Part shown: piece by piece, positions 1 to 12,226 of the stretch | Layout: every line of letters starts with the position of its first letter | How positions within the stretch are numbered: position 1 is the stretch's first letter | Notes under the pieces: model-generated | Told to the model about the DNA's origin: nothing | The model's database searches: none | Seen by the model: the letters and a program-made list of their open reading frames with translations, nothing else | Position numbers and translations under genes: made by a program | Source of the DNA: Patescibacteria group bacterium | GTDB lineage: Bacteria > Patescibacteriota > UBA1384 > JACPKC01 | Assembly (NCBI GenBank): GCA_050944875.1 | Contig: JBMNRW010000004.1 | Location: forward strand, 1,304-65,303 | DNA: 64,000 nt | Reading direction: 5' to 3'

Positions 1-1
1 G

Positions 2-139
2 GTTCCAACCATTGGCCAAGCCTTTGCCGATGAGATCTTCCGTGTCTTCGCCAATCAGCACCCAGAAATTGAGCTCATCCCGGAGAACGCCAACGAGCCG
101 GTCCAGTTCATGATTGGTCGGGTCAGGCAGTCGGAGTAG
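2..139 (+). CDS. 3' end of an upstream gene truncated by the window start (frame 2, ...VPTIGQAFADEIFRVFANQHPEIELIPENANEPVQFMIGRVRQSE*), product not identifiable
   Basis: Open frame from the window edge to TAG at 137-139; composition matches the genome. Confidence 0.3.
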   Translation, partial: VPTIGQAFADEIFRVFANQHPEIELIPENANEPVQFMIGRVRQSE

Positions 140-227
140 TCCAAAGAGCTGTCAAGTTCGTACTGCATGGCAGTATACGACACACCTTACGCGGATTTAT
201 CTACATAATTTACGGACGTACATTATA

Positions 228-259
228 TAATTGACAAACGCCGCATTCTGTGCTAGAGT
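228..259 (+). promoter_or_regulatory. Near-consensus sigma70-type promoter TTGACA-N17-TAGAGT (P1) preceded by an AT-rich UP-like tract
   Basis: ttgaca at 228-233, 17 nt spacer, tagagt at 254-259; the -10 plus about 70 nt downstream is paralogous to the promoter at 14572. Confidence 0.55.
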
Positions 260-896
260 GTTGCGTTTTCAAATGAGGAATGAACTAGCAGCGAGCAGCC
301 ACGTGGCCCCGCGTTTGCTTCGGCTAACGACGGGGTCGGTACCCTCTTTTGCTGGGCAGTAGCTTGCTGAACTTCAGCACGTTCTGCCCCGCGCAAGCGG
401 GAGCTTTGGAAGGGAGGTGCCTGCCATGCAGCGCACCTAGAACCCCGGCGTGGCCGTGGCTGGATCCGGCTCGTCAATCGGGCGCTCAGCTCGTTTCAGC
501 GGGCGTGCGTCGTCGACAGCTTCGAGTGGGACACCTCACTGAGGCAGTTCCGGCTCGAGGACTGGCCGGTGAGCCTGACCTTCTGGGAGGGTTACCACAT
601 GCTGTGGTTTGACGCTCGGCCGCCGACGGACCGGGACCTCGGTGAGCACCAGAAGGAGCTCGTCGAGACCGTACTTATCGCGGTCTTCGAGGGACTGGCC
701 TTGGCCCAAGGAGTAGTGCTCACCGCGTGAGCGCTGCACCGGGCCCAACTTCGCTCTGCTCTACAGCGGAGCGCCTGGCCGCGCGGTTGAGCAGTATGCT
801 CCCGCCCCAGGCACCCCGAGCCAGCTTGGCTCGGGGACTTACCTCTGATTTCAATCCACCAATTGAGGATAGAGGTAAGTTCTTAGAGCTCGCCAG
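260..896 (+). ncRNA. Candidate orphan transcript (about 640 nt, GC-rich) between promoter P1 and the terminator at 897-932. No ATG-initiated ORF. It contains a 119-codon ATG-less open frame (371-729) and a possible GTG-start 53-aa ORF (569-730)
   Basis: Promoter upstream, strong terminator downstream; six-frame ORFs are short and junk-like on both strands except the frame-2 reading …FEWDTSLRQFRLEDWPVSLTFWEGYHMLWFDARPPTDRDLGEHQKELVETVLIAVFEGLALAQGVVLTA. Confidence 0.3.
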
Positions 897-932
897 CATA
901 AAAGACCGCCTATGAAAGGCGGTCTTTTTGTA
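897..932. terminator. Bidirectional rho-independent terminator: 10-bp perfect stem (aaagaccgcc/ggcggtcttt), 7-nt loop, T-run on either strand
   Basis: Hairpin 901-927 followed by ttttg on the plus strand and by ttttatg on the minus strand. Confidence 0.7.
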
Positions 933-1092
933 TTCCGGATGAGTCGGCCGTTTTCGAATCCCTAGCGTCTCTCCATCGCTGGTATGCTCGATCGAAAATA
1001 AAGTTGTAGAATCGCTCGATGCGAGACTGCGCCTCCGGTGTTTCGTCAACCTGTCGATAGACGATTTTGAGTTTTCGCTTCCTTGTCATCAT
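910..1092 (-). CDS. Small basic protein (about 60 aa, MTRKRKLKIVYRQVDETPEAQSRIERFYNFIFDRAYQRWRDARDSK...), possible DNA-binding or antitoxin-like protein, divergent from the XRE gene
   Basis: Lys/Arg-rich, AT-rich codon usage unlike the genome; the internal Met-Met of ORF 910..1125 was chosen to avoid overlap with the XRE gene; the C-terminal tail runs into the terminator hairpin so the true stop is uncertain. Confidence 0.35.
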   Translation of the reverse strand: MMTRKRKLKIVYRQVDETPEAQSRIERFYNFIFDRAYQRWRDARDSKTADSSGIQKDRLS

Positions 1093-1156
1093 GCCTCCTA
1101 TGACCATGGTACTACCCGTAGCCACCCTGGGGATAACCTGCTATACTATCCACTGC

Positions 1157-1393
1157 ATGGCTAGTACAGAAAATAAATTAGAGACCAATGACTTGGGCAG
1201 TCAATTGAAGAGTGCTCGAGAAACGGTTAAACTCACCCAAGCAGAGGTGGCCTCTGCTGCAGGCATTCATGTAAATTTTTATGCCCGCATCGAGCGAAAT
1301 GAAGAAACACCGTCGATTGAGAATCTTCAAAAGATTATGAAGGTACTCAAAATCAAGACGCTGAATCTTACTGCTCCCGAAGATCGTGAGTAG
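1157..1393 (+). CDS. XRE-family (Cro/C1-type) helix-turn-helix transcriptional regulator
   Basis: Motif LSQLKSARETVKLTQAEVASAAGIHVNFYARIERNEETPSIENLQKIMKVL is a classic HTH_3; start moved to the internal Met of ORF 1067..1393. Confidence 0.7.
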   Translation: MASTENKLETNDLGSQLKSARETVKLTQAEVASAAGIHVNFYARIERNEETPSIENLQKIMKVLKIKTLNLTAPEDRE

Positions 1394-1528
1394 TTTCTCC
1401 ATCGGTATCGGTGTACGCGCGACGTAATTGGTCGAGCCAGCCTAGAAGCGGTTCGAATAAAAGTGCATCAAGGACCCCACTAAAACAGGGCACTGCACCA
1501 CCACCTACTTAGCGGAAAAGGACAAATT

Positions 1529-1735
1529 ATGTACGAATACCTTACGGAGCACCCGTTAGCACTGCTACTCTTTCTGGTCTGGAGTGCTTCATGGAAAGGA
1601 TTTGCCCTTTGGCGCGCAGCAAAGGCCGATAGTAGAGTATGGTTTATCGCTCTTTTTGTAATGAATACTGCTGGTATTCTTGAAATACTTTACCTGTTCC
1701 TTTTCTCGAAAACGACAAATACGAAAACGGCATAA
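1529..1735 (+). CDS. Small two-helix membrane protein resembling the DUF5652 family common in CPR/Patescibacteria
   Basis: 68 aa; ...WSASWKGFALWRAAKADSRVWFIALFVMNTAGILEILYLFLF; two hydrophobic helices; weak AAGGA upstream. Confidence 0.5.
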   Translation: MYEYLTEHPLALLLFLVWSASWKGFALWRAAKADSRVWFIALFVMNTAGILEILYLFLFSKTTNTKTA

Positions 1736-1770
1736 CAAAAGCAATAGCGACGGCGCTGTTCGTCGCACTT

Positions 1771-1847
1771 GCCCCTGTAGCTTAACTGGATAGAGCAGCG
1801 GGTTTCTACCCCGCAGGTTGGAGGTTCGAGTCCTCCCGGGGGCGCCA
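1771..1847 (+). tRNA. tRNA-Arg (anticodon TCT), CCA encoded
   Basis: Cloverleaf read manually: acceptor gcccctg/cgggggc, anticodon loop tttctac, T-arm ggagg-ttcgagt-cctcc. Confidence 0.85.
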
Positions 1848-1865
1848 TACTTAGGCACACAGCAA

Positions 1866-1900
1866 ACGCACGCACCATCACCGTGGCGCGTGCGTTTTTG
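1866..1900. terminator. Rho-independent terminator (8-bp stem acgcacgc/gcgtgcgt, T5 tail), also downstream of the minus-strand lipoprotein gene
   Basis: Hairpin followed by tttttgttt. Confidence 0.6.
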
Positions 1901-1904
1901 TTTC

Positions 1905-2336
1905 CTAGAGCGGGCTAACCCGCGTGCCAGTTACTAGGACAATCGGTCGCTGCGCCGGGTCAACGAGCGTCACAACCACATCCCATGAGCTGCTACGAAG
2001 AAGGAGCGTCGTATGGTCTTGCTGCACAATCTCTTCCACGCTCCAGCCAGGCAGTCCGTGCAGCGTTTCGGCGACAGCGACACGACTCCTGCCGGAGACA
2101 TACCGCAACTGAAAACCCTCAGCCGCAACAACAGCATCTTCAATCGTCAAGACATCGATCCGAAGCTCCATCGGCATAACGTCATACACTTCGTCCGTGG
2201 CAGCTGCGCGCTCCTCGCTCGTCATAGCACTTCGCTGTACCTGTGGCCCAAATGCGAACGGCAAGCGTACGGCGCCGCCATAGCACCCACTCAGTGTAAG
2301 TGCGATCAAAGAGATATAGATCAGGCGTTTTGCCAT
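1905..2336 (-). CDS. Hypothetical lipoprotein (signal MAKRLIYISLIALTLSGC)
   Basis: Lipobox L-S-G-C after a hydrophobic stretch; start set at the internal Met of ORF 1905..2405. Confidence 0.5.
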   Translation of the reverse strand: MAKRLIYISLIALTLSGCYGGAVRLPFAFGPQVQRSAMTSEERAAATDEVYDVMPMELRIDVLTIEDAVVAAEGFQLRYVSGRSRVAVAETLHGLPGWSVEEIVQQDHTTLLLRSSSWDVVVTLVDPAQRPIVLVTGTRVSPL

Positions 2337-2421
2337 GTGCTCACTATACCAGGATTCCTTGAACTCATCGCGCACTTCTGTTACCATCTCGGCGTCGCGC
2401 TGCACGTGCGTGTGCCTTACG

Positions 2422-2496
2422 GATCGCTAGCTCAATGGTAGAGCAGCTGCCTCTTAAGCAGTTGGTTCTGGGTTCGAGTCCCAGGCGGTCCACCAG
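2422..2496 (+). tRNA. tRNA-Lys (anticodon CTT), CCA encoded
   Basis: Manual cloverleaf: acceptor ggatcgc/gcggtcc, anticodon loop ctcttaa, T-loop ttcgagt. Confidence 0.85.
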
Positions 2497-2497
2497 G

Positions 2498-2572
2498 GCC
2501 CCATCGTCTAATGGTTAGGACACCACCCTTTCACGGTGGGAATCGGGGTTCGAATCCCCGTGGGGTCACCAG
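2498..2572 (+). tRNA. tRNA-Glu (anticodon TTC), CCA encoded, 1 nt after tRNA-Lys
   Basis: Acceptor ggcccca/tggggtc, anticodon loop ctttcac, T-loop ttcgaat. Confidence 0.85.
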
Positions 2573-2581
2573 AGTAAGTAC

Positions 2582-2609
2582 CTACCCGTTGACGGTAGGT
2601 TTATTTTTG
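2582..2609 (+). terminator. Rho-independent terminator after the tRNA-Lys/Glu pair
   Basis: cctaccc gttga cggtagg followed by tttattttt. Confidence 0.65.
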
Positions 2610-2650
2610 CCTCGAACTCACTATCGGCGCGTCCATGCTATACTGCACTC

Positions 2651-3304
2651 ATGTCCTCACTCGGCACCCCTGACAGTAAATCTATCCTACTTCTCGTTGG
2701 CGTCGTCGCAGTCGGCGCTGTATTTATCATCGCGATCGCACTCCTTTCGAATCGCCCCCAAAAAGCGGCAGTTATTACTGCGCTTCCGTACAGTGATCCG
2801 GAATCAGGCATCGTGTTCACTGCGCCCGCAACATGGTCAGTTGGAGCAGATAGCGGCGCGTTTCTTAAAATCCGTTCCGTGAAACTTGACTCGATTCAAA
2901 CGCAGCGAAGCACCTGTGCAAACTACAGCACAACGACATCAAAATCGATTCAGCTCGCCCTCAAGGATAACCTGAGCTCTGCATCGGAGACGTGGCGGAA
3001 AGAGTTCCCGGGCCTGCGTCACGCAGAAACCGTGCAGACAAAATCCGGTGTCGCACTCCTGGGTGTCGACACGTGCAATACATCACTGACACGCAAAACC
3101 CTCACGCTACGAGGACAAACCTATCGGAACAATACGGAGGTCCGATTCGAAGTAACACTGACTCCACCAACGACCGCCGAGAATACCTCCGAACCATCGA
3201 GCAGTATACTCAACGCGTTTGCTGATGACCTAATCCAAGGCGCCGGTGGCGAACAACAGGCGACGTTCACCGGTTTCGTGCAGACGCTGCGCTCAATCGA
3301 GTAG
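2651..3304 (+). CDS. Hypothetical membrane-anchored protein (N-terminal TM helix, Ser/Thr-rich ectodomain)
   Basis: 217 aa; LLLVGVVAVGAVFIIAIALL anchor; tatact -10-like element just upstream; no recognisable domain. Confidence 0.45.
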   Translation: MSSLGTPDSKSILLLVGVVAVGAVFIIAIALLSNRPQKAAVITALPYSDPESGIVFTAPATWSVGADSGAFLKIRSVKLDSIQTQRSTCANYSTTTSKSIQLALKDNLSSASETWRKEFPGLRHAETVQTKSGVALLGVDTCNTSLTRKTLTLRGQTYRNNTEVRFEVTLTPPTTAENTSEPSSSILNAFADDLIQGAGGEQQATFTGFVQTLRSIE

Positions 3305-4442
3305 GCGTTACGAACTCAGCGTGCAAATGCAACGCGTACGCGAGCGTTGCCTGTAGTGCGGCGATTCGAGCAGTGGGCACGCGGAGCCGCTGCAGCGACA
3401 GTACGCCCGGCGAAACCGCAAGATCGTGGACGAAGAGCTCACCGTCGGTAGTCGGCCGAAAATCGATCGTCAACTCACCGAGACCATGCACCCGCACGTC
3501 GAGCAGGCGGACGATCGCTTCGACGGTCGTATGGATGTGGTAGAGAAACGACTTCGTCCTGCTCTGTAGTTGCTCCTCGAGCACTCCCTCGAGTTCGTGG
3601 GCGAGCCCCGCCGTTGCATACCTCCCGCCTACCATCCCCTGCTGACCAAAGCGGAGGAGCATCGTGGGCGACTGCCAGGTTGCTCGCTCGCCGCGTTGCA
3701 TGAACACACGAACCATGAGCGGATGTCCCTCGATAAGCAACGGCTGTCGGTACGGCACGAGCATGGTCTCGCCGCACGTACTCTCGAGGTAGCTCCGGAC
3801 GCGCAGCAACGAGCGAAACGTCTGCTCCTCCGCATGCTCTCCGTACTCACGCCGACAGACCATTGCATCAGTCTGTCGGTTCAGCAGCACGAGCTCGTTC
3901 GCCTGGCCGCGGTACCGACTGAACGCCAGAAGCTGTGGCGCTGCCGCTGAGAGTGAGGCGATCGTCGCACTATCACGGAGGAGCGTCGCCTCCGAAATAA
4001 CCCGGGTAAGGGTTGGGGAGCTCCCGAGTACATGGAAGCTTCGCCACCGGTCGTTCGTCATTGCCTCGATCTCCGGGTGATTGAAGAACTGTACGCCACC
4101 CTCGTCTCGAAGCCAGGTCAATGCGTCGAGCTCCGCCTCTGAAAGAGTCGGCCGACGCACTACCGCCACGTGCGGAAGCACGCAGAACGCCCGCTCCCAG
4201 CTCCCATTTGACCGAGTCCAGCCCCAGATGAGGCGCCGCTGCTTCAAGAGATCCCGGTACGAGAACGCGTACGCCGTCCAGCCATCTGCCTGCGCGCGCT
4301 CGACTAAATCCCTCAAATACGTCGTGTACGAGCCGAAGACACCACCGCTCGACTCGGGCGCATGCGGCTGCGCGAGCACGGCGAAGACGCGTGACATCCC
4401 TCCAGCCCCCAGTAGCGGCGTACTTCCGACTTGCATGGTCAT
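3267..4442 (-). CDS. ATP-grasp protein of the YheC/YheD-like family (possible peptide ligase)
   Basis: N-terminal Rossmann-like part (…VFAVLAQPHAPESSGGVFGSYTTYLRDLVERAQADGWTAYAFSYRDL) and C-terminal motif GELTIDFRPTTDGELFVHDLAVSPG resembling the YheC/D signature; the start could be the Met at 4397. Confidence 0.5.
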   Translation of the reverse strand: MTMQVGSTPLLGAGGMSRVFAVLAQPHAPESSGGVFGSYTTYLRDLVERAQADGWTAYAFSYRDLLKQRRLIWGWTRSNGSWERAFCVLPHVAVVRRPTLSEAELDALTWLRDEGGVQFFNHPEIEAMTNDRWRSFHVLGSSPTLTRVISEATLLRDSATIASLSAAAPQLLAFSRYRGQANELVLLNRQTDAMVCRREYGEHAEEQTFRSLLRVRSYLESTCGETMLVPYRQPLLIEGHPLMVRVFMQRGERATWQSPTMLLRFGQQGMVGGRYATAGLAHELEGVLEEQLQSRTKSFLYHIHTTVEAIVRLLDVRVHGLGELTIDFRPTTDGELFVHDLAVSPGVLSLQRLRVPTARIAALQATLAYALHLHAEFVTPTRLSAASARNR

Positions 4443-4461
4443 TCGGTATAGTACACTCCTA

Positions 4462-6441
4462 ATGAACAGGGTCGCAACGCTTACGCTCGACGCGCCCTAC
4501 GCACCGGCCGGCGACCAGCCGCAAGCAATTGCAGCGCTCACCGAAGGCCTCAGGCGCGGGGACGAGCACCAGACGCTACTTGGTGTCACAGGCTCAGGAA
4601 AGACGTTCACGATCGCGAACGTCCTTGCGGCGTGCAACCGTCCAGCGCTCGTCATCGCGCACAATAAAACGTTGGCTGCCCAGCTGACGCAAGAGTTCCG
4701 GACGTTCTTCCCCAATAGCGCCGTCGAGTACTTCGTCAGCTACTACGACTACTACCAGCCAGAGGCGTACCTTCCAGGTTCGGACACGTACATCGAGAAA
4801 GAAGCGCAGATCAACGATGAGATCGACCGCTTACGCCACGCAGCGACGGCCGCTCTCCTGACGCGCCGTGACGTCATCGTCGTCGCCTCGGTGTCGGCAA
4901 TCTACGGCCTTGGTTCGCCAGCCGAGTACAAGCGGACGATGCTCGGCCTTCAGGTAGGTACCGAGATCGACCGCTCCGAGCTCCTCGCCCGGCTCATCGA
5001 CATGCAGTACCTCCGGAGCACCTCGTACGAACGCGGCACCTTCCACGCACGCGGCCCAGTCATCGACGTCGTCCTGGCGGGTGAAGAGCGGATCTACCGC
5101 ATCATGCTTGAAGGGAAAACCACCGCCCGCCTCGCCGTACTCGACCGCGTCTCGCGCCGCGTCCTTGAAGAAGTCGATACGCTCTATATCTTCCCCGCGA
5201 AGCACTTCGTCGTCGCCCCCGAGCTCATGGACGGCGCCCTCAAGAACATCCACGCTGAACTCGTGACTCAGGTCGAGCACCTACGCAAGCGGGGGAAGAT
5301 GCTCGAAGCGGAACGGCTTTGGCGCCGAACGAACCACGACCTCGCGCTCATTCGGGAAGTCGGCTACTGCAATGGCATTGAGAACTACTCGCGCCACCTC
5401 TCCGACCGCAAACCAGGCGAGGCGCCGTACACACTCCTCGACTACTTCCCCGACGACTTCGTCACTGTCATTGACGAGTCGCACGTCACCGTCCCACAGA
5501 TTGGCGGTATGTACGCCGGTGACCGGGCACGCAAGGAAACGCTCATCGAGTACGGGTTCCGCCTCCCGTCCGCGCTCGACAACCGGCCGCTCAACTTCAC
5601 GGAGTTCCTCCAGAAAACTGGCCAGAAACTCTACCTCTCGGCGACGCCCGGTCCGTACGAGCGCAAGGTGAGTACGCAGCTCGTCGAGCAGATCATCCGG
5701 CCGACCGGCCTCATCGATCCTGAGGCTGATATTCGCCCGATCGAGAACCAGGTCGACGACGCGATCCGGGAGATTGCCGCTGAAGTGGACGGTGGTAACC
5801 GCGTCCTCGTCACGACGCTCACGAAGAAAATGGCCGAAGACCTCTCCGAGCACCTCGAAAAGGCTGGCGTGAAGTCGACGTACCTCCACTCCGACGTGGA
5901 CACGATCGACCGGATCCGCATCCTCGAGAAGCTCCGCCGCGGCACGGTCGACGTGCTCGTCGGCGTCAACCTCTTGCGCGAGGGTCTCGACCTGCCCGAG
6001 GTCTCGCTCGTCCTCATCCTCGACGCAGATAAAGAAGGCTTCCTCCGTTCCGAAACCTCGCTCGTCCAGACGATCGGCCGTGCGGCGCGTAACGTCCGGG
6101 GACGCGTCGTGCTCTACGCCGACGCCGTAACTGGCTCCATGGAGCGGGCGCTCAAGGAAACCGAACGCCGGCGAACAAAGCAGCTCAAGTACAACGAAGA
6201 GCACGGTATCACGCCGGAGACGGTGAAGAAGAACATCCAGAGCATTATCCCCGAGGAAGACATCCTGCCGAGCGAAGACCTCGTGAAGCCGATCAACCTC
6301 GACGACCTGCCGAAGATGATCCGCGAAAAGGAGCGGCAGATGAAAGAGCTCTCGCACGGGCTCCGGTTCGAAGAAGCTGCCGTCGTCCGCGACGAGCTCA
6401 TCCAGCTCCGGAAGATGCACCGCACGCTGTCCGGGCGCTAA
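4462..6441 (+). CDS. uvrB: Excinuclease ABC subunit B
   Basis: DAPYAPAGDQPQAI, GVTGSGKTF Walker A, YYDYYQPEAY, DESHVT, and the C-terminal EEAAVVRDELIQLRKM (UvrB C-terminal motif); start chosen at MNRVATL (4462) to avoid overlapping the upstream gene. Confidence 0.95.
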   Translation: MNRVATLTLDAPYAPAGDQPQAIAALTEGLRRGDEHQTLLGVTGSGKTFTIANVLAACNRPALVIAHNKTLAAQLTQEFRTFFPNSAVEYFVSYYDYYQPEAYLPGSDTYIEKEAQINDEIDRLRHAATAALLTRRDVIVVASVSAIYGLGSPAEYKRTMLGLQVGTEIDRSELLARLIDMQYLRSTSYERGTFHARGPVIDVVLAGEERIYRIMLEGKTTARLAVLDRVSRRVLEEVDTLYIFPAKHFVVAPELMDGALKNIHAELVTQVEHLRKRGKMLEAERLWRRTNHDLALIREVGYCNGIENYSRHLSDRKPGEAPYTLLDYFPDDFVTVIDESHVTVPQIGGMYAGDRARKETLIEYGFRLPSALDNRPLNFTEFLQKTGQKLYLSATPGPYERKVSTQLVEQIIRPTGLIDPEADIRPIENQVDDAIREIAAEVDGGNRVLVTTLTKKMAEDLSEHLEKAGVKSTYLHSDVDTIDRIRILEKLRRGTVDVLVGVNLLREGLDLPEVSLVLILDADKEGFLRSETSLVQTIGRAARNVRGRVVLYADAVTGSMERALKETERRRTKQLKYNEEHGITPETVKKNIQSIIPEEDILPSEDLVKPINLDDLPKMIREKERQMKELSHGLRFEEAAVVRDELIQLRKMHRTLSGR

Positions 6442-6595
6442 CAGCCAACTAGTAGGCTTTCGTGTTTGGGTTCTGTTCGGTTCTGCCGTATACTAGTCTG
6501 GCGACAACTGCTGAACAGGTATCGCCACTACAGTGCAATGATATAGCGTAAGTACTTACTCGCCCCGTCTGCACCAGGGCACTTGGACTCAAGTC

Positions 6596-9429
<2,834 letters not shown>

Positions 9430-9430
<1 letters not shown>

Positions 9431-10671
9431 TGGCACGCGGCGCCGTCACGCCCCAAACCCGCAACCGTCTTCCGCGCGAGCCCGGCGTCTACTACTACCA
9501 GGACAGCACCGGGACGACGCTCTACGTCGGCAAGGCGACCAGTCTCCGTGACCGCGTCGGCTCATACTGGTCGCGCCCCTTAGACGCGCGCCTCACGGAG
9601 ATGCTCCCGAAGATCGCGCGCATCCGCTACCAGACGACCGACACCGCGCTCGAGGCCCTCATCCTCGAGGCAAACGAGATCCAGCGCCTGAACCCGCCGG
9701 TCAATATCCGCGGCAAGGACAACAAAACGTTCGCGCAGATCGCGCTCACGAGAGAGGACTTCCCACGACTCCTCATCGCCCGGCCGACGCAGAAGCTCGA
9801 CGTGCCCATCGACCGGACGTTTGGCCCGTACGTCTCCGCAATCGCTGCCCGCCAGGCGCTGAAGACGCTGGGCTCGATCTTCAAGTTCAACTGCAAGGGC
9901 AAGCCACTCTCTGGTCGGCCGTGCTTCTACTACCACTTGGGCTCTTGCCCCGGCGTCTGTGTCGGGAAGATCACGCCCGAGGAGTACCGCAAGCAGATCC
10001 GGAAAGTCGTCCAGTTCCTCGAAGGGAAGAAAGCGCGCGTCATCGCGACGACTCGTCGGCAGATGGAGGAGGCGGCGCGCGCCGAGCGGTTCGAGCAGGC
10101 CGCGCGACTGCGCAACGAGCTCTTCGCACTCACCCACATTCGCGACACCGCCTTCATGACCGACGACTCGACCGAGTTTCTCTCGCAGGCCTTCCCGCCA
10201 AGGCTCGAGGCCTACGACATCTCAAATATTGGCGCGACCGCCGCAGTGGCGAGTATGGTCGTCCTCGAGTACGGCCGGCCCAACCCCAACGAGTACAAGC
10301 AGTTTCGCATCCGTTCAACGCCCGGCCAGAACGACGTCGCAATGATCCGTGAGGTCGTGACGCGTCGCCTCAACCACCCCGAGTGGGGCACGCCCGACCT
10401 CATCCTCATCGACGGCGGCTTGGCGCAGGTAAATGCCGCGCGGGTCGCCGCCAAACGCGCCGGCCAACCTAACCTGCCGATCGCTGGCGTCGTCAAAGGC
10501 CCCCAGCGCAAGCTCGCCCGCCTAGTCTTAACGGACGCGGCACGTGACTGGCTGAATAACCACCGACTCACAACACAGCTCTTTGAGCCGGTCGCCCGCC
10601 TCGCCCGCGACGAAGCCCACCGCTTCGCCATTAAGTACCACCGAAAGGTGCGAAACAAACGACTATACTAA
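9430..10671 (+). CDS. uvrC: Excinuclease ABC subunit C, short form (GIY-YIG plus endonuclease domain; the C-terminal HhH2 domain is absent)
   Basis: GVYYYQDSTGTTLYVGKATSLRDRVGSYW GIY-YIG motif; ...DEAHRFAIKYHRK near the C-terminus; 413 aa versus about 600 typical; ATG overlaps the uvrA stop (TAATG). Confidence 0.88.
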
Positions 10672-10678
10672 ACTACAC

Positions 10679-12226
10679 CTACATCGCGGCCGGGTGGTAC
10701 TTAAGATCCTGCCGGGCGACGTGCTTCTCCGTCACGCGAAACCCGAGGTACTTCCCAAAGAGGAGTCGGGTCTGGGCGTCGACCGCCGGCAAGGACGAGA
10801 AGAGCAGGCATGAGATCGGTAAGAGGATCGGGGCGGTAATCCACTCGAGCGCGACGCTCGACGCCGAGGCGACCTGGCGATTCTTCGGTCGCGGCGGCAG
10901 GAGGAGCATCGAGATCATCTGTGTTACCGCCATACCGACGAGTGCGGTGGTGAGGATATTCCCGTAGAGCGGCGGGAAGGTGTACGCAATGACGGCGTTA
11001 CTGTACTGCCCACGCGCCAGCAAGGTCGGAAGCCAGCTGTACACCGCGAGAATGATCGAGGTCGTCCCCCACGAGAAGTGCCCTTCGACGAGCCGCCAGG
11101 CCTGGTACCACTTATCGAGCATCGGGAGGTGTGGGTTCTTCCACGTGTGGTAGAGCACGTACGGGATGTCCGAGCAGCCCCACGCCCACCGGCGCTTCTG
11201 CAGGTACTGCTCGCGGAACGTCGCCACGTACCCCTTCGGCGAAAGCACGGCGTCCTGGTAGACGGGTACGTTCAAGGGGATAACGTCGTGGCGGCCGTTG
11301 AACTTGAAGTAGCTGCGCCAGTACTGGTGGCCGTCCTCGACGATCGTCTTCGTCGACCAGTACTTCGTTGCGACGACTGCCTCGAAGCTCTGGGCGTGGG
11401 CAGAGAAGTTCCGCAGTCGGTACGGCCGGGTCGACTCGATCATCTGCCAGAACGAGCTCCCAAGCGCGATCGACCGGATCGGCATCGGAACCTCCCAGAT
11501 ATTATTAAAGAACATCGGGATCGGCTGGAACGAGGCGTGCACCGGGTCCGGGTGCTTGAGGTACGCGTACGCGAGCGCCGCGAAGTACTTCGCGTGGACG
11601 CGGTTGTCAGCGTCGAGCGTCGTCGTTACCACTCGGTCGTACGGGATATTCCGCCGGTCCAAAAGGCGCCGCGCGTGCTTCGCCGCCCAGCTAATGTTCG
11701 CGCCCTTCCCGATCACCTCACCCGGAATATCAGCCGGGTGCACAGTCGTAAGGAGCGCCGCAAAAGTCTTGCCATAGGACGCCTTCGCCGCCTTTGCGAC
11801 CGCTGCCCCGTTCTCGGCAAAGCGACCCTCAGTGGCTAAGACGACGATGATCCGGTCCTTCCGGTACCCCGCGCTCGCGATCGACTCGAGCGTCGACGCG
11901 ACGATGAGCGGATCCTCTTTCGAGACCGCCACGACGACCATGTGGTAGAGCGCGTCGACTGCGTCAGCCGGGAACCGGGTGTCGAGCTCCTTGAGCCAGT
12001 CCCGTCTGACGTCGCGGCGGTAGCGCAGGAACCCAACAACCAAGCGCGCACTCATCATGAGCGCGCGGGAGAGCCAGAGGACGGCGTAGACGATGAGCAG
12101 GTTCGCCGCGACCGTTGGCGCGAAAATCGTCAGTACCAGGAGTCCAATGAACGTTCCCCAGGTCAACAAGCCAGGCACAAGCTCAAGCCAAACCGGGTAC
12201 GGCGTGTCGTGGAGCCCGCCCCGCAT
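10679..12226 (-). CDS. Membrane-embedded family-2 glycosyltransferase (processive, cellulose/chitin-synthase-like)
   Basis: TLDADN (D,D), QYLQKRRWAWG (QxxRW), multiple TM helices on both sides; start set at MRGGLHD, overlapping the stop of the upstream small ORF (TAATG). Confidence 0.8.
   Translation of the reverse strand: MRGGLHDTPYPVWLELVPGLLTWGTFIGLLVLTIFAPTVAANLLIVYAVLWLSRALMMSARLVVGFLRYRRDVRRDWLKELDTRFPADAVDALYHMVVVAVSKEDPLIVASTLESIASAGYRKDRIIVVLATEGRFAENGAAVAKAAKASYGKTFAALLTTVHPADIPGEVIGKGANISWAAKHARRLLDRRNIPYDRVVTTTLDADNRVHAKYFAALAYAYLKHPDPVHASFQPIPMFFNNIWEVPMPIRSIALGSSFWQMIESTRPYRLRNFSAHAQSFEAVVATKYWSTKTIVEDGHQYWRSYFKFNGRHDVIPLNVPVYQDAVLSPKGYVATFREQYLQKRRWAWGCSDIPYVLYHTWKNPHLPMLDKWYQAWRLVEGHFSWGTTSIILAVYSWLPTLLARGQYSNAVIAYTFPPLYGNILTTALVGMAVTQMISMLLLPPRPKNRQVASASSVALEWITAPILLPISCLLFSSLPAVDAQTRLLFGKYLGFRVTEKHVARQDLKYHPAAM

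Noticed and set aside
720-1049. 109-aa minus-strand ORF overlapping the small basic protein gene in another frame
   Set aside because: Sequence is junk-like (Ser/Arg-rich). It overlaps the compositionally coherent 910-1092 ORF and the terminator hairpin.
11078-11839. 253-aa plus-strand ORF inside the GT2 gene, and similar embedded ORFs in atpA/atpD (23038..24687, 20448..21143) and secA (49187..50227)
   Set aside because: Antisense to genes with clear catalytic motifs; no independent signals.
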